A DNA stretch of 64,000 nt from Candidatus Omnitrophota bacterium (GCA_023819035.1 JAMWCL010000001.1:2226-66225), one strand, 5' to 3'. Counted from the first letter of the stretch, positions 9,114-20,010 are shown. Made by a program: numbers and translations. The notes: generated from the sequence alone by a model not told the origin.

Positions 9114-9212
9114 ACCCTGGAATCTCCCTGTTTACAAATTTAGATCCTCTATCTTACTTAAGCAATTATTTCTTAAGGTATTAAATACGTGTCTAAATTA
9201 ATCTTTTCTAGT

Positions 9213-10160
9213 TTATCTACCTAAATTTATCAGGACATAATATAACCCTTCAGTGACCTTCGCTAAATAATTATAATTTAATTTTTCCGGTGTATCTTGG
9301 CTTGTATGATAATAGGGATTACGGTAAAAAGCAGTATCCGTAATCATCACTGCTTTATAACCAAACCTCCAGAATGAGTAATTATCGGAAAAACTAATTG
9401 CGGGCGCAAAAAATACGGGTGCTACCAGATACTCTAAAGGAAACGCAACTGCCTTTTTAAACTCCTTAACGATTATCTTTAATAAACTGTGTGAGGAGAA
9501 ATTACTCACTATCGCGATAAAATTTCCTTTATCAGGATAAAAAGGGCTTAAGCCAAAGGGATAATCTTGAGATCCTTTCTTATCCGAATAAAACCCCAAT
9601 GACTCCAAGCATAATACCCCATCAATTGCTTCCTTCTTTCCTTTTGCCTGTTTAGCGTAGAAAAAACTTCCCATATCCTCAGTCATAAATAAAGGTGGTT
9701 CTTCATTAGTGAAAGCAATAAACTTAATTGTCTTAAATGTCTTTTCTTTATAGAGAAGCCGGGCTAACTCTAAAAGTACCGCTACCCCCGAGGCATTATC
9801 ATCTGCACCAGATGAACCAAGCACCGTATCATAATGTGCACAGACAATAATAATCTTTTCTTTTTTATCTTCGCCCCTCTTGGTAGCGATAATATTTTTA
9901 TAAGGCTGATTTTTTATATGATAGATCTGCTCTACGGGTTGGTAGCCATAACTTACAAATTCCTCTTTAATATAACTACCTGCGCGTTCTAAACCTTTAT
10001 ATTGAATATAGTTTCTTTCACCGATATCGCCAGCTAAAACCTTTATATGTTTCTTTAAGTTACTCTCTAAATCCATTGCTAAGCCTAAGGTATTAAGTCC
10101 TAAGGTAAATAGGCCAGGAAGAAGGAATCTTACTTTACCCATCAAAACTTTACCCATCAA
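9213..10160 (-). CDS. M28 family zinc aminopeptidase, secreted.
   Basis: CAHYDTVLGSSGADDNASGVAVLLELARLL metal-binding block; signal peptide. Confidence 0.7.
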   Translation of the reverse strand: MMGKVLMGKVRFLLPGLFTLGLNTLGLAMDLESNLKKHIKVLAGDIGERNYIQYKGLERAGSYIKEEFVSYGYQPVEQIYHIKNQPYKNIIATKRGEDKKEKIIIVCAHYDTVLGSSGADDNASGVAVLLELARLLYKEKTFKTIKFIAFTNEEPPLFMTEDMGSFFYAKQAKGKKEAIDGVLCLESLGFYSDKKGSQDYPFGLSPFYPDKGNFIAIVSNFSSHSLLKIIVKEFKKAVAFPLEYLVAPVFFAPAISFSDNYSFWRFGYKAVMITDTAFYRNPYYHTSQDTPEKLNYNYLAKVTEGLYYVLINLGR

Positions 10161-11470
10161 AATCCAATTATTACCTTAGTATTGGGGGTAAAGAATAAAC
10201 CTGCTACCGCTGAAGTCATCAGACAAGCAAGGGTAGAGGCAAGTAAAGCCCGCAGGCCCAACCTGCCTAAATCTGCTGTCCTTTTGGGAGCAATCCCGGA
10301 GATGCCTCCTACGAATATAGCCAAGGAGGCAATATGTGCGAAACCACAGAGGGCATAAGCAGAGATTACTGCGGAGCGAAAATCAATTAATCCCGCTGTG
10401 CTTATAAGCTTAGCCAGATGCTGATAAGCAACCAGTTCGGTAAGAATCGTCCTTTCTCCTAAAAGCATCGCTACCGCGGGGATATCGGAAAAAGGCACAC
10501 CAATTAAAAAACAGAAAGGATAATATAGATAAGAAAGCAATCTCTCCAAGGATAACTGAAGGGAGGTTCCAAAAATAAGGCCAATCCTTTTTCCTAAAAA
10601 ATAGATAAACCAATTAAGCATTGCCAACAATCCTAAAAATGCCAAAAGCAAAGCCACGATTCCCACCGCCATCCTTACCCCTTCTTGCGAACCCTTAATA
10701 ATTGCCTCTACCCAACTGCCTGCCTTCTGATATTCTGGCTCTACTACCTTACCCAAGGTCTGGGGTTTTTTATCCTCCGGATAAAGCAATTTAGCCATAA
10801 CAATAGCTGCGGGTGCACTTAAGATAGAGGCAGATACCAGATGCCCAGCAATCGTAGGAAAATCTTTATATAAGAATCCTGCATACACCGCCATTACCGT
10901 AGAGGCAATCGTAGACATCCCGGCAGTTAAAAGCATGCATAACTCGGATAAGGTCATCTCTTCAATATAGGGTCGAATGGAAAAAACCGATTCAATCCCT
11001 ACCACAATATTAAAAGATGTACATAAGGATTCTGCTCCACTGATCCGCATCAGCCGAGTAAAAACCCAGGCAAAGAGCTTAACCACCTTTTGCATCAAAC
11101 CAATATGGTATAAAAGCGCCATGAGACTAGAAAAGAACACTACCAAGGGCAAGGCTTGAAATGCCAGGATAAATCCCAAAGAATTCTCTCCCTGCGGACC
11201 TACTGAACCAGGTGGGATTGCTAAAGGCCCGAAGACAAAATATATCCCTGCATTAGCAAAGGAAAGCAGCTTAATTACTGCTTTATTTATCCAGTTAAAG
11301 AGAAATAAACCTAAAGGGACATAAAAGATAAAACAGGCAAATAAAAGCTGTAAACTAACCCCCCAGAAGACCACCCGCCAGTTAATATTCCGTCTATCCT
11401 TAGAAAAAATCCAGGCAATAAACATAAGGGCAAATATACCTAAGAAGCTGATGAAATTATAGATATTCAT
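10157..11470 (-). CDS. nupC: Concentrative nucleoside transporter (NupC/CNT family).
   Basis: 437-aa polytopic membrane protein whose N-terminal and central blocks resemble NupC. Confidence 0.65.
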   Translation of the reverse strand: MNIYNFISFLGIFALMFIAWIFSKDRRNINWRVVFWGVSLQLLFACFIFYVPLGLFLFNWINKAVIKLLSFANAGIYFVFGPLAIPPGSVGPQGENSLGFILAFQALPLVVFFSSLMALLYHIGLMQKVVKLFAWVFTRLMRISGAESLCTSFNIVVGIESVFSIRPYIEEMTLSELCMLLTAGMSTIASTVMAVYAGFLYKDFPTIAGHLVSASILSAPAAIVMAKLLYPEDKKPQTLGKVVEPEYQKAGSWVEAIIKGSQEGVRMAVGIVALLLAFLGLLAMLNWFIYFLGKRIGLIFGTSLQLSLERLLSYLYYPFCFLIGVPFSDIPAVAMLLGERTILTELVAYQHLAKLISTAGLIDFRSAVISAYALCGFAHIASLAIFVGGISGIAPKRTADLGRLGLRALLASTLACLMTSAVAGLFFTPNTKVIIGF

Positions 11471-11476
11471 TTTTAT

Positions 11477-11986
11477 CTAAAACCTTTCCCAATGGATTAT
11501 CTCTTTTAAATCCCTTTTCTTAATTACCTTAAAATCCTTTTTAGATTTGGGATAACCTAAAGAAATCAAACTTACTAATTTAAAAGAATCCGGAACATTT
11601 AATAATTTACTTACCTGGGCACAATAAGGTTTTTTATCCCCCGCCACCCAACAGGAACCAATCCCTAAAGAGGTGGCGGTTAAAAGGATATTCTGGGTAG
11701 CAGCACAACCATCCTCTAAATAATACTTGGTATCCTGACAATAGACTGCAATACAGGCCTTTGCCTCAGAGATAAATCTTCCATGGTCGGTTAAAGAAGC
11801 TAATTCCCTAAGCATCGTAGGTTCAGTAATCACCACGAACTCCCAAGGCTGAAGAGCTCGAGCAGTGGGTGCAAAACGACCCGCATCGACAATCTTCTCT
11901 AAGACCTTCTTAGGTATAGGTTTATCGAGATATTCCCTTATACTTCTTCTCTTCTTAATCGCCTCCATAAGCTCCATAAGCATCAC
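11477..11986 (-). CDS. Nitroreductase family protein.
   Basis: RRSIREY N-terminal motif and a 169-aa nitroreductase fold. Confidence 0.7.
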   Translation of the reverse strand: MMLMELMEAIKKRRSIREYLDKPIPKKVLEKIVDAGRFAPTARALQPWEFVVITEPTMLRELASLTDHGRFISEAKACIAVYCQDTKYYLEDGCAATQNILLTATSLGIGSCWVAGDKKPYCAQVSKLLNVPDSFKLVSLISLGYPKSKKDFKVIKKRDLKEIIHWERF

Positions 11987-12088
11987 CTTTACCCTTCTAA
12001 AATTTTAAAAAAGTTGCAATTTTATAAGACTAGCTGAGCTTAAAAAGATAAATTAAAATAAAACCTAAATAGATTATTCTCATAATCT

Positions 12089-12505
12089 CTATTCTAATTT
12101 TAACCGGCTTATTGTCTCTCTTACAAAATCTCCTATCTCTTTCTTATCCTCAGGTTCGATCTTTAAAAAATAAATTCCTATGCGGTACTCACCTTCTCCA
12201 AAGGGAATGCTGTAGCGGACCTCTCCTACTATCTCCATTGGTCCATAGAAACCTACATCCTCTTTCTCAACCTTAAATAAAGTAAATCTTAATAAAACTG
12301 TGGTCTTAGGCTCAAGATGATAGTTGGTTAAGATTGCCATGCCTTCTTCACTTAAATCAAGGATATTACCCTTTATCTCTTTATCCCCGACAACCAAGCG
12401 CATAGCCAGCGGTTCATTTACCCTATAGATTACGGTAAGATTAACCCTCACCCTTTTTGACCTTCTTCTTTCCATATCCCCATAGTTATTATTCATCGCC
12501 ATCAC
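12089..12505 (-). CDS. PilZ domain (c-di-GMP binding) protein.
   Basis: RRRSKRVRV ... DLSEEGMAI arrangement (RxxxR / DxSxxG). Confidence 0.6.
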   Translation of the reverse strand: MMAMNNNYGDMERRRSKRVRVNLTVIYRVNEPLAMRLVVGDKEIKGNILDLSEEGMAILTNYHLEPKTTVLLRFTLFKVEKEDVGFYGPMEIVGEVRYSIPFGEGEYRIGIYFLKIEPEDKKEIGDFVRETISRLKLE

Positions 12506-12993
12506 TACCCTCCAATCTCTTTTTCATCCTGATTATTACTATCATCGTTTTCTTCAATAAGTTTTTGCGAATTAACCTTAAGAAGGATGCGCCTTGCCTC
12601 AATAGGCAGACGTACATTCTCTAACTTAAATGTGTTGTCACGGGTATGCGGTTGTAAGGGTTTACAACCACCCATGGCAAAAAGATTCCACTTTACCTCA
12701 GGAGACGATTGCTCATCCTGGGTATAAAACATCTCCCAGCAGGTATTCTGCCATAAATCCGGGGTAGTCATCTCCCCTTGATTGGCAACCGTAAAGGAAA
12801 CCGTAATAAGCTTATATTCTTTTTGAGTAGAAGGGGACTTTACTCTCTTATTTATAATAACCTCATCTAATCTTACCGTAAGATCTGCTAATCTCGGCAA
12901 AGCCTTCTCTTTCTTTTTAGCCAAAACTAGATCGGAAAGAAGAAAAACTAATAAGATCCCTAAGAAATAATTTATTAAGAATTTATTCTTCAT
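12505..12993 (-). CDS. Hypothetical secreted protein.
   Basis: Signal peptide; no family I recognise. Confidence 0.4.
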   Translation of the reverse strand: MKNKFLINYFLGILLVFLLSDLVLAKKKEKALPRLADLTVRLDEVIINKRVKSPSTQKEYKLITVSFTVANQGEMTTPDLWQNTCWEMFYTQDEQSSPEVKWNLFAMGGCKPLQPHTRDNTFKLENVRLPIEARRILLKVNSQKLIEENDDSNNQDEKEIGG

Positions 12994-14027
12994 TATCTTA
13001 ATTCCCAGCCACTCCTTCGGCGTTTGCCAATTACCATTAAACTGGCGATTATCCCAAAGATTATACCTGCCTGGGTAAGGGTTAAGACCGCCTCTATTGC
13101 CTGGTCGTTAGCAACCATAAACGCACTGATTCCCAAGGATAAACTTACAAAATAGATAAATACCACCGCCCCGCTTTGACGCATACCCAAATCTACCAGA
13201 TAATGATGAAAATGATCTTTACTGCTGTATTGAAGCCACTCTAGGAAATTTCTAACCTTGGCTTCCTTTATGCGCATTACCGTAGTAAAAGCCATATCAA
13301 AGATAGGAACCCCTAAGATTAAAAGGGGGATGGTTATCTTGACAATACTATCTTCAGCCCAATTGCCTAAGATAGCCAGCCCTGCTAAACTGAAGCCTAA
13401 GAATGTGCTTCCTGCATCTCCTAAGAATATCTTTGCCCTAGGAAAATTAAAGGGTAAAAAACCTAGACAGGCTCCCCCTAAAGCCATGGCTACCATTACA
13501 AGATAATCCTGTTTTGTATTATAAAGGATTAAAGAAAAACATAAAAGATTTACGATTGCTGAACCACAGGCTAAACCGTCCAACCCATCTAAATAATTAA
13601 AGGCATTGGTAAGTCCTACCAACCAAAGAACCGTTAAAATTATCTCACCGATATCACCCCATAAGCCAGCGGGTAAAAAAGTTATGCGTAAATTGCAAAG
13701 AATAAGCCCTAAAGAAACCAATATCTGACAGAGCAACCGAAAAGATGCACTTAAACCCTTAATATCATCAATTAGGCCTAAAACCAGGATTATGCTTGCT
13801 CCGTTTAATATGGGAAGGAATTGATTTAGATTCTTTAAATCAAACAGCAACCCGATAAAAAAACCCAAATAGATGGCAATCCCACCTAAAAGAGGGGTTG
13901 CCCGTTTATGTACCTTACGCTTACTAGGCAGGTCTAAGATCTTTAGCCTTACCGCGATAAATCTTAGAAAGGGGGTTAAAAGATAACTTACTAAAAACGA
14001 AATAAAAAGAACAAAAAATAATTTCAT
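12993..14027 (-). CDS. wecA: Undecaprenyl-phosphate N-acetylhexosamine-1-phosphate transferase (WecA/MraY family GT4).
   Basis: Motifs DDxxGL and NAFNYLDGLDGLA; polytopic membrane protein. Confidence 0.8.
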   Translation of the reverse strand: MKLFFVLFISFLVSYLLTPFLRFIAVRLKILDLPSKRKVHKRATPLLGGIAIYLGFFIGLLFDLKNLNQFLPILNGASIILVLGLIDDIKGLSASFRLLCQILVSLGLILCNLRITFLPAGLWGDIGEIILTVLWLVGLTNAFNYLDGLDGLACGSAIVNLLCFSLILYNTKQDYLVMVAMALGGACLGFLPFNFPRAKIFLGDAGSTFLGFSLAGLAILGNWAEDSIVKITIPLLILGVPIFDMAFTTVMRIKEAKVRNFLEWLQYSSKDHFHHYLVDLGMRQSGAVVFIYFVSLSLGISAFMVANDQAIEAVLTLTQAGIIFGIIASLMVIGKRRRSGWELR

Positions 14028-14031
14028 CTTA

Positions 14032-14649
14032 TCAGATTATCTGCCTTAAAACCCTTAAAGCCCGAAAACCCTCCGCATACTTTACCCTTCCTTGGAAACC
14101 CCGAAAATTAGCGCAGGATTGGGCGCTTTCTAAAATCGTAAGGTTCTCTACCTTGGTCTTATCTACCTGTGAAGCATGAATCTTTAATAACTCTAATTTC
14201 TTATCTAAAACATCTTGGATATCCACAAAGATATCCGGTTCAAAATGTTGGGTCGTAGGTACTTCATAAAATAAAACCTCCCGGATATAGCGGGTAGCAG
14301 ATATACCCGCGGAGGCAACCGCTCGATGGTCCTGATGTACATCATCAGGATAATTTAAAAAAACAATATCCGCATTTATTTCTTTTACAACTGTTTCAAT
14401 CTTCTGAATCAATTCCCGATTATCCACCACCTCGGTATCCCTTAAATCTCCCCAGAATAATTTTTTAACCCCTAAAAAGTTTGCTGCTTGAATCTGCTCT
14501 GTTCTTCTTACATAAGGATCGCCCCCAAAGCTTCCATCGGTAATTACCAAAAGAAATATATTATGCCCTGCTTGCTTATATTTAAGTAGCGTTGCCCCGC
14601 AACCAAACTCAATATCATCCGGATGTGCCCCGATCGCTAAGATATTCAT
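14032..14649 (-). CDS. PIG-L/LmbE family N-acetylglucosaminyl deacetylase.
   Basis: NILAIGAHPDDIEFGCGATL N-terminal signature. Confidence 0.8.
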   Translation of the reverse strand: MNILAIGAHPDDIEFGCGATLLKYKQAGHNIFLLVITDGSFGGDPYVRRTEQIQAANFLGVKKLFWGDLRDTEVVDNRELIQKIETVVKEINADIVFLNYPDDVHQDHRAVASAGISATRYIREVLFYEVPTTQHFEPDIFVDIQDVLDKKLELLKIHASQVDKTKVENLTILESAQSCANFRGFQGRVKYAEGFRALRVLRQII

Positions 14650-14653
14650 TTAG

Positions 14654-15367
14654 CTACCTCCTCAGTAAAATATTTCTACTATTGGCTCCCTCATTAAACA
14701 AAAGGTCAAGTATTGACATATTAGGAATAAAATCTTCCTCACTTAAACAGAACCGCTGATGGTATACCGGATGGACAAAATCTTGATAAACAAGTCTTAT
14801 CTTTGCCTCTTTAAATCTTTCCTCTTCTAAATACGCCTTGCCTCCGATACCCGAAAGATAGGTATCCGCCCTTAATGCCTTGCATATCTGAATAATGCGC
14901 TCGGTGCCTGTTTTTTTTATATCTAAATCTGACTCAAAATATATAGGGGTATTAATGGATAACTCTTTTAGGATATAATTAATTATATGCACGCAAAGCT
15001 CACTTAATCTTTCCCATCTTTTACTATAGGTATCCTTAAAAAAATGGTAGTAATTATCAAAAAAAGGGCTTGACCCATACCAAATCTCAAGACTCCTTAA
15101 ATGTCGTCTTGGCCAGTTTACACTATTATCTATTATTACATCGCAGATTCTTTGTCTTGCTTTGCCTTTAGAGATAACCGGAACGGTCAGCCACATCCAG
15201 CCATCTTTAATGCGGATTTTATTGCGATTCTGAAACTCGCCTGCTTTATATTGCACCGTATCTAAAAATACAAATGCATCGCTATGAGCGATCTTATCAA
15301 AGTAGCCTAACCAGGGGATATATTGAGGTTGATGAACCGAGACAACCATCATTATATTATATAACAA
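14654..15367 (-). CDS. WbqC-like family protein (O-antigen associated).
   Basis: VSVHQPQYIPWLGYFDKI...FLDTVQY...FQNRNKI...WLTVPV is close to the WbqC family consensus. Confidence 0.75.
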   Translation of the reverse strand: MLYNIMMVVSVHQPQYIPWLGYFDKIAHSDAFVFLDTVQYKAGEFQNRNKIRIKDGWMWLTVPVISKGKARQRICDVIIDNSVNWPRRHLRSLEIWYGSSPFFDNYYHFFKDTYSKRWERLSELCVHIINYILKELSINTPIYFESDLDIKKTGTERIIQICKALRADTYLSGIGGKAYLEEERFKEAKIRLVYQDFVHPVYHQRFCLSEEDFIPNMSILDLLFNEGANSRNILLRR

Positions 15368-15386
15368 TATTTAACTTAATTCTATA

Positions 15387-16868
15387 TTATTTATCCTTAG
15401 CCCTTACAAATATAGGGTTAGCTACCAAATGCAGTCCTTCCGATTCAATCTCTATTCGGTAATAGCTCATCCTTTCTGAGTTGTTAAGGGTATCTATATA
15501 GGTTATCTCAAAAGGGCTATTAACTAAAAAATCCTTGATGATTAAACCATCCCTAATCAATCTAACCTTAAAAAGATTAGATTCTCCAGTTAAAAGATGC
15601 CCTTTTATCTTTATCTTGAATTTATCGGAAACCTCTAATACTTCTCCCATAATCTTTTTTATCCCGCTAAGATTATCTTCTATTGAAAAATCATCTAAAA
15701 TAAATTTCTCTGAATTTTTTCCACGGATTACATAAACTCTACCCCTTTTTAATGCCTCTAAGACCTCCTTTTTATTTAATACGGGTAATAAAAGAATATT
15801 TCTTAGATCTTTTAAATAATCATTAAGGTCACCCACCGAATCAAAACCCAATGCCCCGATTGCCCAAACAGGATTCTTTCTTTTTGCCTGACAGTACTGC
15901 TTAAGAACGGTATCCCAGATTCCTCCCGCTTGGCCCACCTTCTCATAACCTGCGTAAAATATTCCAAAGCCAGTGTAATCTTGCGTCTTTAAGAGAAGCT
16001 CTGAATGTTCCGGGGTCTGTATCGATGCCTCTATGAATCTTTTAATATTTTTCTCTTCAGGATGTGCCCAAAAGGTCAACCCTCCCTTTTGATTAACATA
16101 ATCTATGAGGTGCTGATAGGGTAGACTACCTTGTTCACCGTGATAGGGATCGAACCTTGTTCTTAAAAATGGGTAATTATTAATCAAAAAGACCAAACCC
16201 AAGATTATAAAAATAATCCCACTTATCTGATAATTTTTTGCGTAAGGACCGAGTTTACGGCCAAGGGAATCGCGATAATTAAAACATCTCTTTTTAATTA
16301 GAAAAATTCCTAAGATTAAAGCCAAAAAAGGCCAGAGATTAAATAAATCCTTAAAACTAAAAGGAAGAAATAAAGCTGAGGTATTGCCGATCACCGGAAG
16401 CTCCTTATAATCCTTAGGCGCTTCTAAGCCGATCACTAAGATATGCTTATGCCAATCACATAAGGTAAAGTCATTTTTAAAGGGGCTTCCCTTCCAATAG
16501 TAAAAAGGTGCAGTTTCAGCACCTGGCAGAATGATTATCTCCGGGTTCTGCCTCTGTACCCTTTGAACCTCATCAAGATAACGCTCTATCCCGTATTTAA
16601 GGATAGAGTTTGCTTGCAAGGTCTTTCTTATTAACCTGCGTAAAGGTAGAATCCCATACTCCCAGTAGGATAAAAAACTATCTCCTAAAACTATCACCTT
16701 GATACCCATCTTTTTGGCAATATCAACAATCTCAGCGATACTGTATCTACCATCGCTTACGGTAGAGCTGATCTGGATAGCGGTGGGCACCTGCATAACC
16801 CCTTCTGCGTAGGCTAGCCTAAAAAGATAACCTATGAATAAAATAGTTAAAAGAGACTTAAACCGCAT
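15387..16868 (-). CDS. Hypothetical membrane-anchored protein with a degenerate PHP-like domain.
   Basis: Signal/anchor. SSTVSDG and AHPEE resemble PHP motif I and the C-terminal AHP motif, but the HxH histidines are absent. Internal transmembrane helices. Confidence 0.3.
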   Translation of the reverse strand: MRFKSLLTILFIGYLFRLAYAEGVMQVPTAIQISSTVSDGRYSIAEIVDIAKKMGIKVIVLGDSFLSYWEYGILPLRRLIRKTLQANSILKYGIERYLDEVQRVQRQNPEIIILPGAETAPFYYWKGSPFKNDFTLCDWHKHILVIGLEAPKDYKELPVIGNTSALFLPFSFKDLFNLWPFLALILGIFLIKKRCFNYRDSLGRKLGPYAKNYQISGIIFIILGLVFLINNYPFLRTRFDPYHGEQGSLPYQHLIDYVNQKGGLTFWAHPEEKNIKRFIEASIQTPEHSELLLKTQDYTGFGIFYAGYEKVGQAGGIWDTVLKQYCQAKRKNPVWAIGALGFDSVGDLNDYLKDLRNILLLPVLNKKEVLEALKRGRVYVIRGKNSEKFILDDFSIEDNLSGIKKIMGEVLEVSDKFKIKIKGHLLTGESNLFKVRLIRDGLIIKDFLVNSPFEITYIDTLNNSERMSYYRIEIESEGLHLVANPIFVRAKDK

Positions 16869-18027
16869 ATCTTTCTCTTAAAAACATATTATAAAGCTCG
16901 GTATGTTTCTCAATCATTGTGAGGATACTAAATCTTTCATCTATCCAGTTTAAAGCCTCTTTTGCCATCGCCTTTCTTTTTAAATCATCGCTTAAAAGAT
17001 AGATTATCGCCTCTGCCATTGCCTGAGGGTCCTTTGCGGGAACTAATCTACCGGTAAGACCATCCTTAACTACTGAAGGTATACCTCCTACGCGGGTAGC
17101 TACTACCGGAACACCCTTTGCCTGAGCCTCTAATAAACACATACCCATTCCTTCATTAAGCGAAGAAAGGATAAAAAGATCAAGGCTACTTATGATTTTA
17201 TCTATATCATCACGGAAACCCAAAAAGACAACATAATTATCTAAATGATATCTTTTTAGTAAAGACTCTAAATGTTTTCTTTGACTGCCTTCTCCCACAA
17301 TTAATACCTTAAGATTCGAGACTGCCTTTATAACCTTCTTTAAAGAAATAATAAAATATTTGTTTCCCTTAACCGGCTCCAAACGCGTAACTGTACCAAT
17401 AACTAAATATCCAGAAGGAATATTTAATTCCTTTTTTACCTGAAGGGGATCATATTTTTTAAGACGAAAATTATTTAAATCAATTCCACTAAATATGGGA
17501 AAAAACTTAGCGGGTTTAGCAATCTTATAAAGTATATACTCCTGTTTTTCTATCTCGGTAAGAGGGATAATCGCATCGGTTATCCCGGCAGTTACCCTCT
17601 CAAGATAAATAAATATTCGACTAAGCAACCAATTAAAGTAACCATAGAAGATGTGTCCATGCGGGGTATGCACAATAATCTTTATCCTCGCCAGTCTTGC
17701 TGCCCAACGGCCTAATATCCCTGCCTTTGAGGTATGGGTATGAACAATGTCAAACCTTTCTTTTTTAATAAAGGAATAAAGCTTAAAGAAGGCTTTAATA
17801 TCCTTTATAATGTTAATATTACGCACCAGCTCGGGTATGCAGATATACCTAATACCGCTTTGCATAAACAGCTGAATATTGTCTTGATAAAGTATGTTAT
17901 CCGGTCCACTTATTAAGGTTAAATCAAATCTTTCCTTATCTAAACCCAAAACTAAATTATAAACACTTTTAGCCGAGCCTCCTTTATCGAAACGGGTAAT
18001 GATATGTAATATCTTTATCTTAGACAT
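16858..18027 (-). CDS. Glycosyltransferase family 4.
   Basis: EGMGMCLLEAQAKGVPVVATRVGG (E-x7-E GT4 motif). Confidence 0.8.
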   Translation of the reverse strand: MSKIKILHIITRFDKGGSAKSVYNLVLGLDKERFDLTLISGPDNILYQDNIQLFMQSGIRYICIPELVRNINIIKDIKAFFKLYSFIKKERFDIVHTHTSKAGILGRWAARLARIKIIVHTPHGHIFYGYFNWLLSRIFIYLERVTAGITDAIIPLTEIEKQEYILYKIAKPAKFFPIFSGIDLNNFRLKKYDPLQVKKELNIPSGYLVIGTVTRLEPVKGNKYFIISLKKVIKAVSNLKVLIVGEGSQRKHLESLLKRYHLDNYVVFLGFRDDIDKIISSLDLFILSSLNEGMGMCLLEAQAKGVPVVATRVGGIPSVVKDGLTGRLVPAKDPQAMAEAIIYLLSDDLKRKAMAKEALNWIDERFSILTMIEKHTELYNMFLRERYAV

Positions 18028-18030
18028 AAT

Positions 18031-18921
18031 TTATTCTTTTGGCTTACGGGCAAAGACCAAGAAAGAAGGAGCAATAATCCATCTTTTAAAACTTATATAA
18101 TATATAATTTGAGAAAGATAAAATAAAATGACTTTAATTAACCTCATTACCTTATCCCCAAATATACCTGCACTTCCATAAGGATCGCCCTTGGTGAACT
18201 CTGAGACATAAATTTTAATCTCCTGAAAGCCAGCCTCTTTTAACATCAGCTTAATGGTTAAGGGAGAAAAATTATAGTTATGAAATACAGTGGGCAAAAG
18301 ACCTAATTTTTTCTCAGGATGATTGAGCCTTTCTAAAAGAAGCTGAAGCGATACATGAAAATCAGCATTATGCAATCTTAAAGCAATTAGGCCTTCTGGT
18401 TTAAGAATCCTGTTTATCTCTTTAAGTGTTCCCTGAGGATCATAAAGCTGGCCTAAAACCTCCCATAAGGTGACTACATCAAAATATTTATCAGGGAATC
18501 TTACCTCTTTAAGCGTAGTTCCATATACCTTTAAACCCAAAACCTCTTGAGCATATCTTAAAGCAGACTGGGCGATCTCTATCCCTTCTACCTGCCAACC
18601 CCTATCCTTGGCCATCTTCAGGAATATCCCATAGCCACAACCTAAATCTAATAGCCTTCCTTTGTTAGGAATGTATCTTTCTAATCTCTTCAGATTTGAT
18701 TTAAACAAATGAATCTTAGAATCAAACCAGGCCTTTTTCTCATGTTCGCAAATGATCCTATCCAAAGAAATCTCCCTTAATATCTCTGATTCTAAAACGC
18801 GCGGATTCCTAAATACCAGCCCGCAATCCTTACAGCGTCCAATATAGGTTGAACTGTCAACAGGAAAAAGGATCTTAAAATTATTACTACCGCAAAGATT
18901 ACAATTAATGTATTCTAACAT
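18031..18921 (-). CDS. Class I SAM-dependent methyltransferase with N-terminal Zn-ribbon.
   Basis: CNLCG...CKDCG Zn-ribbon; LLDLGCGYGIF SAM motif. Paralogous to 25555..26565 and 26558..27562. Confidence 0.7.
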   Translation of the reverse strand: MLEYINCNLCGSNNFKILFPVDSSTYIGRCKDCGLVFRNPRVLESEILREISLDRIICEHEKKAWFDSKIHLFKSNLKRLERYIPNKGRLLDLGCGYGIFLKMAKDRGWQVEGIEIAQSALRYAQEVLGLKVYGTTLKEVRFPDKYFDVVTLWEVLGQLYDPQGTLKEINRILKPEGLIALRLHNADFHVSLQLLLERLNHPEKKLGLLPTVFHNYNFSPLTIKLMLKEAGFQEIKIYVSEFTKGDPYGSAGIFGDKVMRLIKVILFYLSQIIYYISFKRWIIAPSFLVFARKPKE

Positions 18922-20008
18922 TAAGCATCTTTTTTACTGCCTGCATAACATCCTCTGGCGTAATTACCCTTAAACACTTAAGGTCTCTACAGGAGAATCT
19001 CTCACAGGGACGCAGACAATCTACAGGCTTTCTTAAAAGAATATATCTTTCTGGACTTGTGTAAGGAAAGAATTTATCCACATCACCTGGTCCAAAGATA
19101 GCAATTAAAGCTGTATTTACCGCTACCGCAATATGCATGGGTCCGCTATCATTGGTAATAAATAAATTAAGCCGTTCAATTAAGGCAGATAAACCTTTGA
19201 GGGAAAGCTTATCCGCAATAAGAATATTATTTTTAATCTCCTGCTTAAGTCTATCTAAATCCTTTTGTTTAATAATCTCACCAATAATTATCACCTTGCC
19301 TTTATATTCTTCGATTATCCTTTCAGCTAAACCTATCCAATACTCTTTAGGCCATCGGCGACTGGGTCGAAAGGCTCCGGGATTAAGACCAATAAGTAAC
19401 TCCTGAGGCGAAATATTATTATCCCTTAAGAGATCTTCAATTGCTTTTCTCTCCTTAAAACTTAATGGTATCTCTAAACCTTTATCTTTTATCTCTGCAC
19501 CCAATCTCTTAGCTACCCTAAGATTTGCTTCTACTGCATGGAGTTTATCTTGGGTTTTTTCTTCTACTTTAATATTAAAGAAGAATCCCCGACCATCAGT
19601 ATCCCTGCCTACCTTATACTTACTACCAATAAACCAGAATAACAATGCCATCTTTAAAGCACCTTTAAAAGAAGATATCTCTTCTAAGTTAATCAGCATA
19701 TCAAATCTATGGCGATTTAATTCCTTTAAGACCTTAAAGACCCTTAAAAAAGCACCTTTATAAAATAAACTCATTATATCTGTAAAGCGGATATCCAAAG
19801 CAAACACCTCATCTATGTAAGGTAAACCCTTAATAAGATCAGCGGAACGCGAAAGAACTAAAAGCCCTATATAGGCACAGGGAAATAAATTGCGTAATGC
19901 CCTTAAGGTAGGGGTAGCCATAACCAGATCCCCAATCCCTGCCAACTGCACAACCAGGATCTTTTTAACCGCTGGGATTAAGCTTTTATGATTATAAGGT
20001 ATAACCAT
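18905..20008 (-). CDS. Glycosyltransferase family 9 (heptosyltransferase-like).
   Basis: KKILVVQLAGIGDLVMATPTLRAL N-terminus typical of RfaF/WaaC-type GT9. Confidence 0.8.
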   Translation of the reverse strand: MVIPYNHKSLIPAVKKILVVQLAGIGDLVMATPTLRALRNLFPCAYIGLLVLSRSADLIKGLPYIDEVFALDIRFTDIMSLFYKGAFLRVFKVLKELNRHRFDMLINLEEISSFKGALKMALLFWFIGSKYKVGRDTDGRGFFFNIKVEEKTQDKLHAVEANLRVAKRLGAEIKDKGLEIPLSFKERKAIEDLLRDNNISPQELLIGLNPGAFRPSRRWPKEYWIGLAERIIEEYKGKVIIIGEIIKQKDLDRLKQEIKNNILIADKLSLKGLSALIERLNLFITNDSGPMHIAVAVNTALIAIFGPGDVDKFFPYTSPERYILLRKPVDCLRPCERFSCRDLKCLRVITPEDVMQAVKKMLNVRIH

Positions 20009-20010
20009 CT

